From positions 1 through 61,228 of the forward strand of contig JBMNUI010000003.1 in the NCBI GenBank assembly GCA_050946195.1: a stretch of DNA of 61,228 nucleotides, written 5' to 3'. The position numbers and the translations under genes were made by a program. Shown piece by piece: positions 9,129-17,434 of this stretch. Position 1 is the first letter of the stretch. Each line of letters opens with the position of its first letter. Origin of the DNA: Eubacteriales bacterium. Its GTDB lineage: Bacteria > Bacillota > Clostridia > Oscillospirales > CAG-272. The notes under the pieces were generated by a model. That model did not search any database. It was not told the origin of the DNA and was given only the letters and a program-made list of their open reading frames with translations.

Positions 9129-9205
9129 GGGCCATTAGCTCAGTTGGTCAGAGCTACCGGCTCATAACCGGTTGGTCCGGGGTTCGAGTCCCTGATGGCC
9201 CACCA
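9129..9205 (+). tRNA. tRNA with CAT anticodon, probably tRNA-Ile2 (lysidine type) rather than elongator or initiator Met
   Basis: Cloverleaf GGGCCAT/ATGGCCC acceptor, anticodon arm ACCGG-CTCATAA-CCGGT, TTCGAGT T-loop, encoded CCA. The GGCTCATAACC anticodon arm, TGGTC variable loop and G1-C72 pair resemble tRNA-Ile(CAU) as I recall it. The initiator C1:A72 mismatch is absent. Confidence 0.9.
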
Positions 9206-9212
9206 TGAAAAA

Positions 9213-9245
9213 AGCCTTTATTCATAAAGAGATAAGGGCTTTTTT
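9213..9245 (+). terminator. Rho-independent terminator after the tRNA
   Basis: AGCCTTTAT...ATAAGGGCT stem followed by TTTTT. Confidence 0.7.
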
Positions 9246-9314
9246 ACTTTTTATTGCAACCAGCAAGATTGCTGGTCTTATGGAATTTTATCGAACATTT
9301 ATCGAACCCGCAGC

Positions 9315-10736
9315 TTAATTTCTATTCTGCCGCGACTTCAGCGCTTCAAGCTGCCCGAATGCGCCGACAAGGCAATCGTACAGTTCCCTACGATTTACAA
9401 GCAGCATAATCAGCATGAACCCCGTACCATAAGCCCACCAGAGCGGGACGGCGGCCACCGTCACGGCACAGATTCCTGCAAGCAGCAATGCGTTGACCGA
9501 AAGTTTCAGATAATTCACTTCAAACCGGATATATTTCTGAACCGTCACTGCGCGGATTACAAACACCAAAGTATAGCTGATAAGCGTCGCTATCGCCGCG
9601 CCCTGTGCGCCCCAGAGCGGGATCAGCATAGCGTTGAGTACAAGATTTGCGAGCGCGCCGGTCATTGAGGTCAGGAAGGACATCTGGGTTTTTTTCTTAA
9701 CCATATAAACGCTTCCCATGAACATGGTCAGCGCCGAGGCGACCGCCGCCGCGGTCAGCACCGGGATGTATACCCATGAGTCGGCATAGCTTGACGCAAA
9801 CAGCAGCCTGACAAACACGCGGCAGAAGAGCACAATTCCCGCGCCTGCAAGGAACATCAGCCCCGAATAATAACCGAAAACCCTGCCGAAAAATTCGGAC
9901 TGCGCCTTCTCCTCCGCATCCCTGACCGCCGAAAACTGCCATGCCTCATAAAAGACCATGCAGACGAGCGTCAGCAGGGTCGGGATTTTGTAAGCGGCGG
10001 CATAAAGCCCGCTGATACTGTCGCCGCAGAGCCAGGTCACAAAATAGCGGTCGGACACGTTGGTAATCCACCAGAAAATCGTGGTGGGTATCATCGGCAG
10101 GCTGTAGCGCAGCAGCTCGCGCATGAGCCCGCGGTCAAGTCTACCCCGGGCAAGGTCGCGGTACAGCCCGGCGTATACCAGCAGCATAACCCCGACTATG
10201 AAGTCTGCGACCACCACCGAGAACACGAATCCGACAACTCCCATGTCAAAAAGGAGTAGGAACAAGAGATTGAAGCCGATGACCAGCGCGGTGTTGATTA
10301 TCCCCTGCACCGCAAAGAGCTTCGGGCGGTCATTGGCACGAACATACTGGGCGCAGACCGAGTGGAAATTCGACGCGAGTACGTATAAAATTATCAGCCA
10401 GACATAACCGGTAAAATAGTCAACCAGAAAAAGCAGCGGCGACAGAATCAGAAACCCCGCCGACGCGGCGGCCAGTACCCCGACCCCGGTTCTCAGTACC
10501 GTCGGCTTGTCGGCCCTTGAGTCGATCGCAAAGCGGAACACCCCGTCGGTGACCCCGAGGCAGGCCAGCGGGATGAGCAGGTTTGCGGTCTGCGAGATGA
10601 GCTCGGCGGTGTTGTATTGCTCCGGCAAAAGACAAGCAGTATACAGCGGCATGAGCAAAAGTACCAGGGCCTTCGACGCGAAGGTCCCGATGCCGAGTAT
10701 TATTGTGTCCGACATCAGCTTGCGGTATTGGTTCAT
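9315..10736 (-). CDS. Polysaccharide/oligosaccharide flippase (MOP superfamily, Wzx/SpoVB-like)
   Basis: ORF 9315..10754, about 14 predicted TM segments. N-terminus MNQYRKLMSDTIILGIGTFASKALVLLLMPLYT is typical of polysaccharide biosynthesis proteins. Start placed at the ATG at 10736. Confidence 0.8.
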   Translation of the reverse strand: MNQYRKLMSDTIILGIGTFASKALVLLLMPLYTACLLPEQYNTAELISQTANLLIPLACLGVTDGVFRFAIDSRADKPTVLRTGVGVLAAASAGFLILSPLLFLVDYFTGYVWLIILYVLASNFHSVCAQYVRANDRPKLFAVQGIINTALVIGFNLLFLLLFDMGVVGFVFSVVVADFIVGVMLLVYAGLYRDLARGRLDRGLMRELLRYSLPMIPTTIFWWITNVSDRYFVTWLCGDSISGLYAAAYKIPTLLTLVCMVFYEAWQFSAVRDAEEKAQSEFFGRVFGYYSGLMFLAGAGIVLFCRVFVRLLFASSYADSWVYIPVLTAAAVASALTMFMGSVYMVKKKTQMSFLTSMTGALANLVLNAMLIPLWGAQGAAIATLISYTLVFVIRAVTVQKYIRFEVNYLKLSVNALLLAGICAVTVAAVPLWWAYGTGFMLIMLLVNRRELYDCLVGAFGQLEALKSRQNRN

Positions 10737-10775
10737 GCAACTTCCCGAGGGCACTGCCCGGCCCCTGCTAATTTT

Positions 10776-10858
10776 CCCCGGGGACTCTACCCCCGGACCC
10801 CCGCCAAAGGAACTATTTTGAAAAAAGTTCCTTTGGAATCTTCAAAAAACTTTCAAAC
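10776..10858 (-). repeat. Intergenic repeat family, copy B
   Basis: Minus strand reads GTTTGAAAGTTTTTTGAAGATTCCAAAGGAAC-TTTTTTCAAAATA-GTTCCTTTGGCGGGGGTCCGGGGGTAGAGTCCCCGGGG. Lies in the 5' region of the flippase gene. Confidence 0.75.
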
Positions 10859-11195
10859 AAAAATTAAGTAAGCTTATCCTATGTAATTATAGCCCACAGG
10901 GGAATTATAATCAATAGCTTTGCCAAAATTGAGAAATATATTGCATAAATAAGGAAGCGCCGGGATTTCTACCTGCAAAGCCGGGCGTGATGCTGAACCC
11001 CGCATGCGTCCCCTCTTCAAGTCGACCGGCAGACTGATGGCAGCAAAGAGCGGGACATGGAGCCCGCACTACTTATTTTGCGAATGGTTATAGTATGGGC
11101 CCGCAACCAGACATTAGCGGATGCGGGATATGCAAGAGCGGGGCTGCCGCAAACAATTGCAGCAGCCCCTAATTTAAGCGTTAACCTTTTAAGTG

Positions 11196-11396
11196 TCAAC
11201 CTTGATTATCCTCGTTGGAGTTGTCTTCTCCGCCCGGGCCGTCCCGGCGCTCGCGGTTATCGTTTTCATACCTCAGCCCTGTTGACACCCATTGGTTGTT
11301 TGTCGCGCTCTTTTTGTTCTTCCCGGGGTCATTTTCCGGGGGTTTTTTGTCTGTGCCCGGCGGGATGAAATTAATAGATTTGAAGTCCTTCCCCAT
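11196..11396 (-). CDS. Hypothetical small hydrophilic protein (66 aa; low-complexity, K/N/D/E/G/P-rich)
   Basis: ORF from the track, with an AGGAAA-type RBS about 9 nt upstream. No recognisable domain. An 8-bp GC hairpin (11140..11169) lies downstream. Confidence 0.3.
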   Translation of the reverse strand: MGKDFKSINFIPPGTDKKPPENDPGKNKKSATNNQWVSTGLRYENDNRERRDGPGGEDNSNEDNQG

Positions 11397-11552
11397 TTTC
11401 TTTATTTCCTTTCCGGCCTTCGGGCCTTTTTCATTAGTATATCCATGTTAAATATTAAATATCTGTGGGATTGTATCCGAAAAATGTTGACAAAGCTCGG
11501 TGTATACTATAATATTTAATCAAGTCAATTTAAATTCAGAAGGGATATAAAT

Positions 11553-11763
11553 ATGTCTGACAAATCAAGGCTTGTGGCCGCGCTGCTTTGCTTTTTCTTC
11601 GGAGCCCTCGGAATACACAGGTTTTATGTGGGAAAAATCGGAACAGGCATACTCTTGGCTGCTGACCGGAGGGGTTTTAGGATTCGGTGCGCTGATTGAC
11701 TTTATTGTAATACTATGCGGATACTTCAAGGATAAAGAGGGAGCATACTTAAAGAGGTGGTGA
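11553..11763 (+). pseudogene. TM2-domain protein gene interrupted by a 1-nt frameshift
   Basis: ATG at 11553 gives MSDKSRLVAALLCFFFGALGIHRFYVGKIGTGIL, then goes out of frame to a stop at 11697..11699. The +1 frame (track ORF 11572..11763) continues WLLTGGVLGFGALIDFIVILCGYFKD. Removing one T at 11655/11656 restores a ~69-aa TM2 protein. Confidence 0.75.
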
Positions 11764-11847
11764 ATACAGCCCATCCGGACCGGGACGGGCTTTTTCTTTG
11801 TTCACATATTACTTAGTTCATCAGTTAAAAATTAAAAAAAACGGGTT

Positions 11848-11962
11848 ATTGATATTTTAAACTCATACTGATATATACTGCAAATCATATCAAAAAGAAG
11901 CCGGACTTCTGAATGTGCAGTAACTATGACCGGAAAGGCGCAGCGCCACGCTGCGCCTTTTT
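11848..11962 (+). ncRNA. Candidate small RNA (orphan promoter plus terminator, about 80-nt transcript)
   Basis: TTGATA (11848), a 17-nt spacer, TATATA (11871). The terminator is GGCGCAGCG-CCA-CGCTGCGCC plus TTTTT (11937..11962). No RBS-preceded ORF lies between them. Confidence 0.3.
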
Positions 11963-12023
11963 AATGTTCTTCTGTAGAGCTTGCCAGCCCAGCACGCCCC
12001 GCTCTACTTTACTTGTGATGTGG

Positions 12024-12105
12024 GTTTGAAAGTTTTTTTGAGGATTCTCAAGAAACATTTTTACAAAAAGTTCCTTGAGCGGGGACTCGGGGGCAGAGCG
12101 CCCCC
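12024..12105 (+). repeat. Intergenic repeat family, copy C (reference copy)
   Basis: GTTTGAAAGTTTTTTTGAGGATTCTCAAGAAAC-ATTTTTACAAAAA-GTTCCTTGAGCGGGGACTCGGGGGCAGAGCGCCCCC. Confidence 0.8.
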
Positions 12106-12111
12106 TGAAAT

Positions 12112-12816
12112 TTAATCAAGAATTTCGCCTTCGGTTGAGAGGGTGACCACCTGCCAGGGGATGAATTTGCCGCTCCGGCGAAGGGCAGCTTTTGCGGCCT
12201 CCTCGATACCACCGCAGCAGGGCACTTCCATCCGCACGATGGTAAGGCTCTTTATATTGTTGTTTTTTAGGATCTCGGTCAGCTTTTCGGAGTAGTCCAC
12301 CATATCGAGTTTCGGGCAGCCGATTATGGTTATTCTGTTGCGCATGAAGTCGGAATGGAAGCTCCCGTGGGCATAGGCCGCGCAGTCGGCGGCAATGAGC
12401 AGGTTCGCACCGTCAAAATACGGAGCGTTGACCGGCACCAGTTTTATCTGCACCGGCCACTGTGCCAGCATGCTGGGGCGGGGCGCTGTCTCGTGCGGTT
12501 CTTTGTCGGGCTGATTTCTTATTATCTGCCTTGACCGCGTCCCGGGGCAGCCGCAGGGCAGGGTGTTGTCTGCCTTTTTGCTCTGCTTGTTTGCAAGAAC
12601 GGCGGCTTCGTCGAAGGGTACCGCTTCGCGCTCGACAATGCTGATAGCGTCGGTCGGGCAGGCCGGCAGGCAGTTGCCCAGCCCGTCGCAGTAATCGTCG
12701 CGGAGCAGCTTGGCTTTGCCGTCCACAAGGCCGATTGCCCCCTCGTGGCAGGCCGTAACACAGGCACCGCAGCCGTTGCACTTCTCCTCGTCGATCTGAA
12801 TTATCTTTCTTTTCAT
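12112..12816 (-). CDS. 4Fe-4S dicluster ferredoxin-domain protein with a C-terminal Cys-containing domain
   Basis: Cluster motifs CNGCGACVTAC and CDGLGNCLPACP. C-terminal VRMEVPCCGGIEEA. Divergent from a Crp/Fnr regulator gene. Confidence 0.8.
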   Translation of the reverse strand: MKRKIIQIDEEKCNGCGACVTACHEGAIGLVDGKAKLLRDDYCDGLGNCLPACPTDAISIVEREAVPFDEAAVLANKQSKKADNTLPCGCPGTRSRQIIRNQPDKEPHETAPRPSMLAQWPVQIKLVPVNAPYFDGANLLIAADCAAYAHGSFHSDFMRNRITIIGCPKLDMVDYSEKLTEILKNNNIKSLTIVRMEVPCCGGIEEAAKAALRRSGKFIPWQVVTLSTEGEILD

Positions 12817-12843
12817 ATTTTGTATTCTCCTTCTTTCGGACTA

Positions 12844-12872
12844 TTGACTTTCCGGTCATATTATAATATAAT
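12844..12872 (+). promoter_or_regulatory. Sigma-A promoter of the Crp/Fnr gene, with TGAC-N6-GTCA dyad over the -35
   Basis: TTGACT, a 17-nt spacer, then TATAAT. The dyad TGACTTTCCGGTCA lies at 12845..12858. Confidence 0.55.
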
Positions 12873-12915
12873 AAATATAACAATTCTGTTGCAATAACAA
12901 CAAAAGGAGATTTTT

Positions 12916-13581
12916 ATGACCAATAAAGATATCGCAATAATAAAAAAATCACAGCTCTTCTCGGGGATGGAGGACAACGAGGTTGACCATGTACTCGGCT
13001 GCCTGAGCGCTATGGGTCGGGACTATAAGAAAAACCAAATAATCCTGCATTCCGGTGACTCGACAAACTCGATAGGGATGGTCATCTCGGGCCGCGTCCA
13101 TATACTCAAAGAGGATTTCTGGGGAAACCGCAACATAATAACCGAAGCGCTGCCCGGCGACGTGTTTGCCGAGGGCTACGCCTGCACGCAGGGGGCTGAG
13201 CTTGAGATAAGCGCGGTGGCCGCCGAGGATTCGAGGATTCTCTTCCTTGAGGTGAAGCGGCTCATAACCACCTGTCCGAATTCCTGCGTCTTCCATGTCA
13301 AGCTTATCCGAAACCTGCTCTCGGTGATGGCCCGAAAGAACCTTATGATGGATGAAAAGCTCACGCATCTGACGCAGCGGACCACAAGGGAAAAGCTCTT
13401 GTCATACCTTTCAAGCGAATCAAGGCGGCAGGGGAGCGCGTCGTTTGAAATCCCGTATAACCGCCAGCAGCTTGCCGACTATCTCTCGGTCGACAGGAGC
13501 GCCATGTCCAGCGAACTCAGCCGCATGCGCGACGAGGGGCTTATCACCTTTGAAAAAAACCGTTTTAGGCTGCTGATATGA
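12916..13581 (+). CDS. Crp/Fnr family transcriptional regulator
   Basis: cNMP-binding-like N-terminal domain and C-terminal HTH (NRQQLADYLSVDRSAMSSELSRMRDEGLI). RBS AAAGGAGA. Confidence 0.88.
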   Translation: MTNKDIAIIKKSQLFSGMEDNEVDHVLGCLSAMGRDYKKNQIILHSGDSTNSIGMVISGRVHILKEDFWGNRNIITEALPGDVFAEGYACTQGAELEISAVAAEDSRILFLEVKRLITTCPNSCVFHVKLIRNLLSVMARKNLMMDEKLTHLTQRTTREKLLSYLSSESRRQGSASFEIPYNRQQLADYLSVDRSAMSSELSRMRDEGLITFEKNRFRLLI

Positions 13582-13585
13582 ATAC

Positions 13586-13615
13586 GGGGAGCTTCATTTG
13601 CGAAGCTCCCCTTTT
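13586..13615. terminator. Terminator hairpin between convergent genes
   Basis: GGGGAGCTTC-atttgc-GAAGCTCCCC followed by TTTTG on the + strand. Confidence 0.7.
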
Positions 13616-13627
13616 GCGGTATGTGCA

Positions 13628-14437
13628 TTATGATCTTGACTTTCCGCCCGATATATTTATCGTGACCCCGTGGATGTAGCCCGAGCGCTCGCTGGCAAGA
13701 AAGGCTACAGTGTTTGCCACCTCGCTCAGCTTTCCTGCCCGGTTGAGCGGAATGGTGCTGGTCTTGGCATAATTTGCGCGAAGCTGCTCGACCGTGATAC
13801 CTCTTGTATATGCCAGCGCCGATTCATACTCAAGTGTGCGCAACCCGGTAGCCTCCATGATGCCGGGGGCTATTCCGACCACTCGGATTCCCTTCTTGCC
13901 GAGTTCCTTGGCCCATGAGCGGGTGAGCAGGTTTACCGCGCCCTTTGAGGCCGCGTACACGCTCTGCCCCTCGGAGCCCTCGGACCCCGACTCGGAGGAC
14001 ATGTTGATGATAACGCCGCCGCTTTTCTGCTTTATCATCACCCTTGCCGCCGCCTGGGAACAGAAGAACACGCCCTTTACGTTGACGTTCATCACCTTAT
14101 CCCAGATTTCCTCGGTCAGCTCCTGCTGTCCTGCCTCGTCGACAAGCAGGCGCGGGATGTTGATTCCGGCATTGTTTACTAAAACGTCTATCCGGCCGAA
14201 GGTCTCAAGCACCTTGGCAATCATGTTGTCAACGCTTTTTTTGTCTGAAACGTCGGTTTGAACATACAGGTATTTGCCGGACGAGACGTCAAATTCCGGG
14301 GCATTGGGTGCAATATCGCAAACCGTGACATAAGCGCCGTCGTGGAGCAATTCCTGGGCGGTCGCATATCCGATGCCCGAGGCGCCACCGGTGACGATAA
14401 TCGATTTCCCCTCAAGATTCAGCCAAGATTTTTCCAC
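13628..14437 (-). CDS. SDR family oxidoreductase (sorbitol-6-phosphate dehydrogenase-like)
   Basis: Motifs VTGGASGIGYA, NNAG, YAASKGAV (YxxxK). Confidence 0.88.
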   Translation of the reverse strand: MEKSWLNLEGKSIIVTGGASGIGYATAQELLHDGAYVTVCDIAPNAPEFDVSSGKYLYVQTDVSDKKSVDNMIAKVLETFGRIDVLVNNAGINIPRLLVDEAGQQELTEEIWDKVMNVNVKGVFFCSQAAARVMIKQKSGGVIINMSSESGSEGSEGQSVYAASKGAVNLLTRSWAKELGKKGIRVVGIAPGIMEATGLRTLEYESALAYTRGITVEQLRANYAKTSTIPLNRAGKLSEVANTVAFLASERSGYIHGVTINISGGKSRS

Positions 14438-14619
14438 TGATTCGTATCTCCTTTGTCGAAAATTTTCCCTCAGATGCTATTATAGCAAAACCACCGGTGG
14501 TTGTCAATGGGATATGGTCTAAACCCGGCCACCCCGATCCCGCAGTTTTGCGGGGCCGGGGAAGACCGGTGATGTGGTCTATCCTGCGGGACTACTCCTG
14601 CAGGATAGGCCGGGGGAGG

Positions 14620-15069
14620 TCAGACTCCCTCCTTGCAGCGGTGTGCCTTGCAGGCAAAGCAGAGTAAAAATCCGACTGTTTCGGTCAGCATCAGCACATA
14701 GAAGAAGGCCACAACCGCCACGGCTATTGCAGAGCTGACAAGTCCGGGCACAATCAGAATTGACAGCGCGATTGTAGCGGCCACTATTGTGCCGATGATG
14801 CCGGCCAGAAGGCAGGCGGCGTGCCTGCACAGGCATCTTGAGAGATAATAGCTTGGTTTAGCCTCGGAGAGATATGCTCCGACAAACAGGAGGACCAGCA
14901 GAACAACCGCCAGCTCCAGCACTATTAATATGCCGCCTAACGCTTCGGGGATAAGGCCGAAGAAGAAGAGTATCCCGAAAATAACGGCGGCGATAACCCC
15001 GAGCACAAGGCCAAGACAGCAGGTGCTGAGCCCGCAGTTCTCATTGTTATAGCTGCTCATAAATCCCAT
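14620..15069 (-). CDS. Hypothetical Cys-rich integral membrane protein
   Basis: ORF 14620..15171, 4-5 hydrophobic segments. Start uncertain (ATG at 15075, 15069 or 15060, after AAAAGGATGG). Confidence 0.5.
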   Translation of the reverse strand: MGFMSSYNNENCGLSTCCLGLVLGVIAAVIFGILFFFGLIPEALGGILIVLELAVVLLVLLFVGAYLSEAKPSYYLSRCLCRHAACLLAGIIGTIVAATIALSILIVPGLVSSAIAVAVVAFFYVLMLTETVGFLLCFACKAHRCKEGV

Positions 15070-15191
15070 ATCCATCCTTTTCTGAATGTTGAGGGTTTTT
15101 CCTGCTACCATAATATGATTTGCGACAGTATTATGTGACAAAATACACATTCTTTCGATGGTTTTCGTCAATCCCTATCCCTGCAGAAGAA

Positions 15192-15222
15192 ATAAAAAAG
15201 CTCCGTTTCACATGAAACGAAG
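15192..15222 (-). terminator. Rho-independent terminator after the MBL hydrolase gene
   Basis: Minus strand reads CTTCGTTTC-ATGT-GAAACGGAG followed by CTTTTTTATTT. Confidence 0.75.
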
Positions 15223-15243
15223 CAATCAGGCTATGGAAAATGA

Positions 15244-15963
15244 TCAGATTTCGGCCTCAAACCCGTCGGTGACGGCAATCAGCTCATAGGGCGGGTTTGA
15301 ATCTCTGAGCGCTTTGATGCTGTCTGTGCGGTGTGGCGCTATGTGGTTGAGAAAAATACGCTTTGTTCGACACTTCTCAAATGTCGGGGCGGCCGCCTCA
15401 GCCGAAAAATGCGCGGCTTCGCAGATAATGGCGTCGCAGTCGAGCTCAAAGCAGACCGCGGGGAAATCCTTGTCGGGGCCGGCAAGGTCGCCGGTGAAGA
15501 CCACCCGACGTTCACCGGTCTCAAGAAGAAAGGCATAGGACAGGCTTGTGTGTTTGGTTTTTATCGCGCTGACCCGCAGAGTGCCGTCGTTGTAGATTAT
15601 GCCCTCCTCGTATGCACTGTAATTGAGAAGGCGGGGTTCGCGCCCGTGGATTGCGGTGTTCCAGAGCCGCAGCGCGTCAATTCCACGCGGGTCGGGCAGA
15701 TAAATAGAGGGTACGGCGGCCTTGAAATACCAGGATATCAGGTCGGTAAAGGCCGGCAGTCCGTTTGTGTGATCGCCGTGCATATGCGTGACGAAAATTG
15801 CGGCAATGTCGGCAGGGTCAACTCCCCTGTGTATCAGTATATCCATGACCGGCCCGCCGGCATCGACCAGGTATTTCCGGCTACCGGCCTCGACCAGTGT
15901 ACAGGAGCAGTACCTGTCGGCTTCGGGTACTCCGTGGCTTGTCCCGAGAAATGTGATTTTCAT
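15244..15963 (-). CDS. MBL-fold metallo-hydrolase
   Basis: HxHxDH motif (THMHGDHTNG). N-terminus MKITFLGTSHGVP resembles RNase Z. Confidence 0.85.
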   Translation of the reverse strand: MKITFLGTSHGVPEADRYCSCTLVEAGSRKYLVDAGGPVMDILIHRGVDPADIAAIFVTHMHGDHTNGLPAFTDLISWYFKAAVPSIYLPDPRGIDALRLWNTAIHGREPRLLNYSAYEEGIIYNDGTLRVSAIKTKHTSLSYAFLLETGERRVVFTGDLAGPDKDFPAVCFELDCDAIICEAAHFSAEAAAPTFEKCRTKRIFLNHIAPHRTDSIKALRDSNPPYELIAVTDGFEAEI

Positions 15964-16192
15964 TTTTATATTAACCTTCCGTTTATGGATTGACAGGGTA
16001 CCGGCTTTGCGTAAAGGCTACTTATTATTATATCACAGCAAATATGCCGGTTCAATCGTGGATATTTACAAAAAATAAATGGCAGAGACCCCGGCCTCTG
16101 TCATTTATTTTGTATTGGGGAAGGCATCTGCCGTTTCCGGAAAGCGATATGCGGTTTTGGCTATGTGCTGCCGGGCGCCCGGCAGGCCAAAT

Positions 16193-16975
16193 TCAGGCAA
16201 AGAGGACCGGTTCGTCTGGGTCGGCGACAAGTATGCGCACCTCATTGTCGGGCACCGCAGCGCGCACGGCGGCGCGGGCCAGCTCGGGGCGGTTGTTTTC
16301 ACGGCTGAGGTGGGCGAGCAGGATATGCCGGGTACCCGCCTCGGTCAGCTTTGCCGAGAGCGCCGCGCAGTCGTCGTTTGAAAGATGGCCGTACCTTGAT
16401 AGTATGCGGGTCTTGAGAAAATCGGGGTAGGGGCCTTGCCTGAGCATTTCTGTGTCGTGATTGGACTCGAGCACAACAGCCTCGCAGCCCGTAAGACCCT
16501 CGACAATATTTCTTGTGATGCAGCCGGTGTCGGTCAGGCAGCCGAGGGCGCGCAAAACGCCGCCGTCGTAAAACTCAATCCGGTAGCCGACACAGCAGGC
16601 GCTGTCGTGCGAGGTGGGGAAGGAGGTTATACTGAGCCTGCCAAGAGACACCGAAAACTCGGTCGGGTGTGTGGTGAGCGGCCCGTCAAGAAAGGCGCGG
16701 CAGCGCGGCGGAACATAGGCGGCAGACGCCTCTGTCATATGTACGGGTATGCGGTACTTCTTTGAGAGGGTCTCGAGCGCGCCGATGTGGTCGGTATGCT
16801 CGTGCGTGATGAAAATCGCATCGATTTTTCGAATGTCCGAGCCTACCGCACAAAGTGACCGGCAGAGCGTGCGGGCGCTCTTGCCGGCATCTATCAATAT
16901 ATTGGCTCCCCCGGCGCAGATAAGAAGCGAATTGCCGCCCGAGCCCGAATAAAGAGATATGATTCTGTAGGTCAT
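16193..16975 (-). CDS. MBL-fold metallo-hydrolase (YycJ/WalJ-like)
   Basis: Motifs SGSGGNS and THEHTDHIGAL. C-terminal LLAHLSRENN is typical of the YycJ family. Confidence 0.85.
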   Translation of the reverse strand: MTYRIISLYSGSGGNSLLICAGGANILIDAGKSARTLCRSLCAVGSDIRKIDAIFITHEHTDHIGALETLSKKYRIPVHMTEASAAYVPPRCRAFLDGPLTTHPTEFSVSLGRLSITSFPTSHDSACCVGYRIEFYDGGVLRALGCLTDTGCITRNIVEGLTGCEAVVLESNHDTEMLRQGPYPDFLKTRILSRYGHLSNDDCAALSAKLTEAGTRHILLAHLSRENNRPELARAAVRAAVPDNEVRILVADPDEPVLFA

Positions 16976-16983
16976 CTTAAGTC

Positions 16984-17394
16984 TCAGTTGAACAGTCTGA
17001 AGAGCTGGTCGCCGACAAACAACTCCAGAACATCAAAAGTAAAAGTGAAAATAAACGGAAACAGCAGGGTCAGCATCCACTTGGATTTTTCCATCCGCCG
17101 CTCGCCGTCGTCGATGAAGGCCTGTTTTTCCTCGTCGGTCATCGTGTCGGGCAGCATGTCTTTGGTCTCTCCCCGGCGCGAAAAACCGCGGTTGTAGACG
17201 ACATAGCCTATCGCCAGAGCCGAGGTTGCCGCCATGTAAGCCCACATCACATAAAAATAATATTTCTGGGTTATCGCAAAGCGGTAAAACCCGAATATTA
17301 CGGTTGTGTTCAGTATCAGAATTAATAGCAGCTTCCAGTTGATTTTGCCGGAGGTCTCCGGCCGGTTGCGGTCATCGCCGTGTTTTGTTTTCAT
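16984..17394 (-). CDS. Hypothetical membrane protein
   Basis: 136-aa ORF with 3 hydrophobic segments. Only 8 nt gap to the downstream MBL gene. Confidence 0.6.
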   Translation of the reverse strand: MKTKHGDDRNRPETSGKINWKLLLILILNTTVIFGFYRFAITQKYYFYVMWAYMAATSALAIGYVVYNRGFSRRGETKDMLPDTMTDEEKQAFIDDGERRMEKSKWMLTLLFPFIFTFTFDVLELFVGDQLFRLFN

Positions 17395-17434
17395 AGTTTT
17401 CTCTCTCTTTTTTATTTAGGAGGTCATGCACTTG

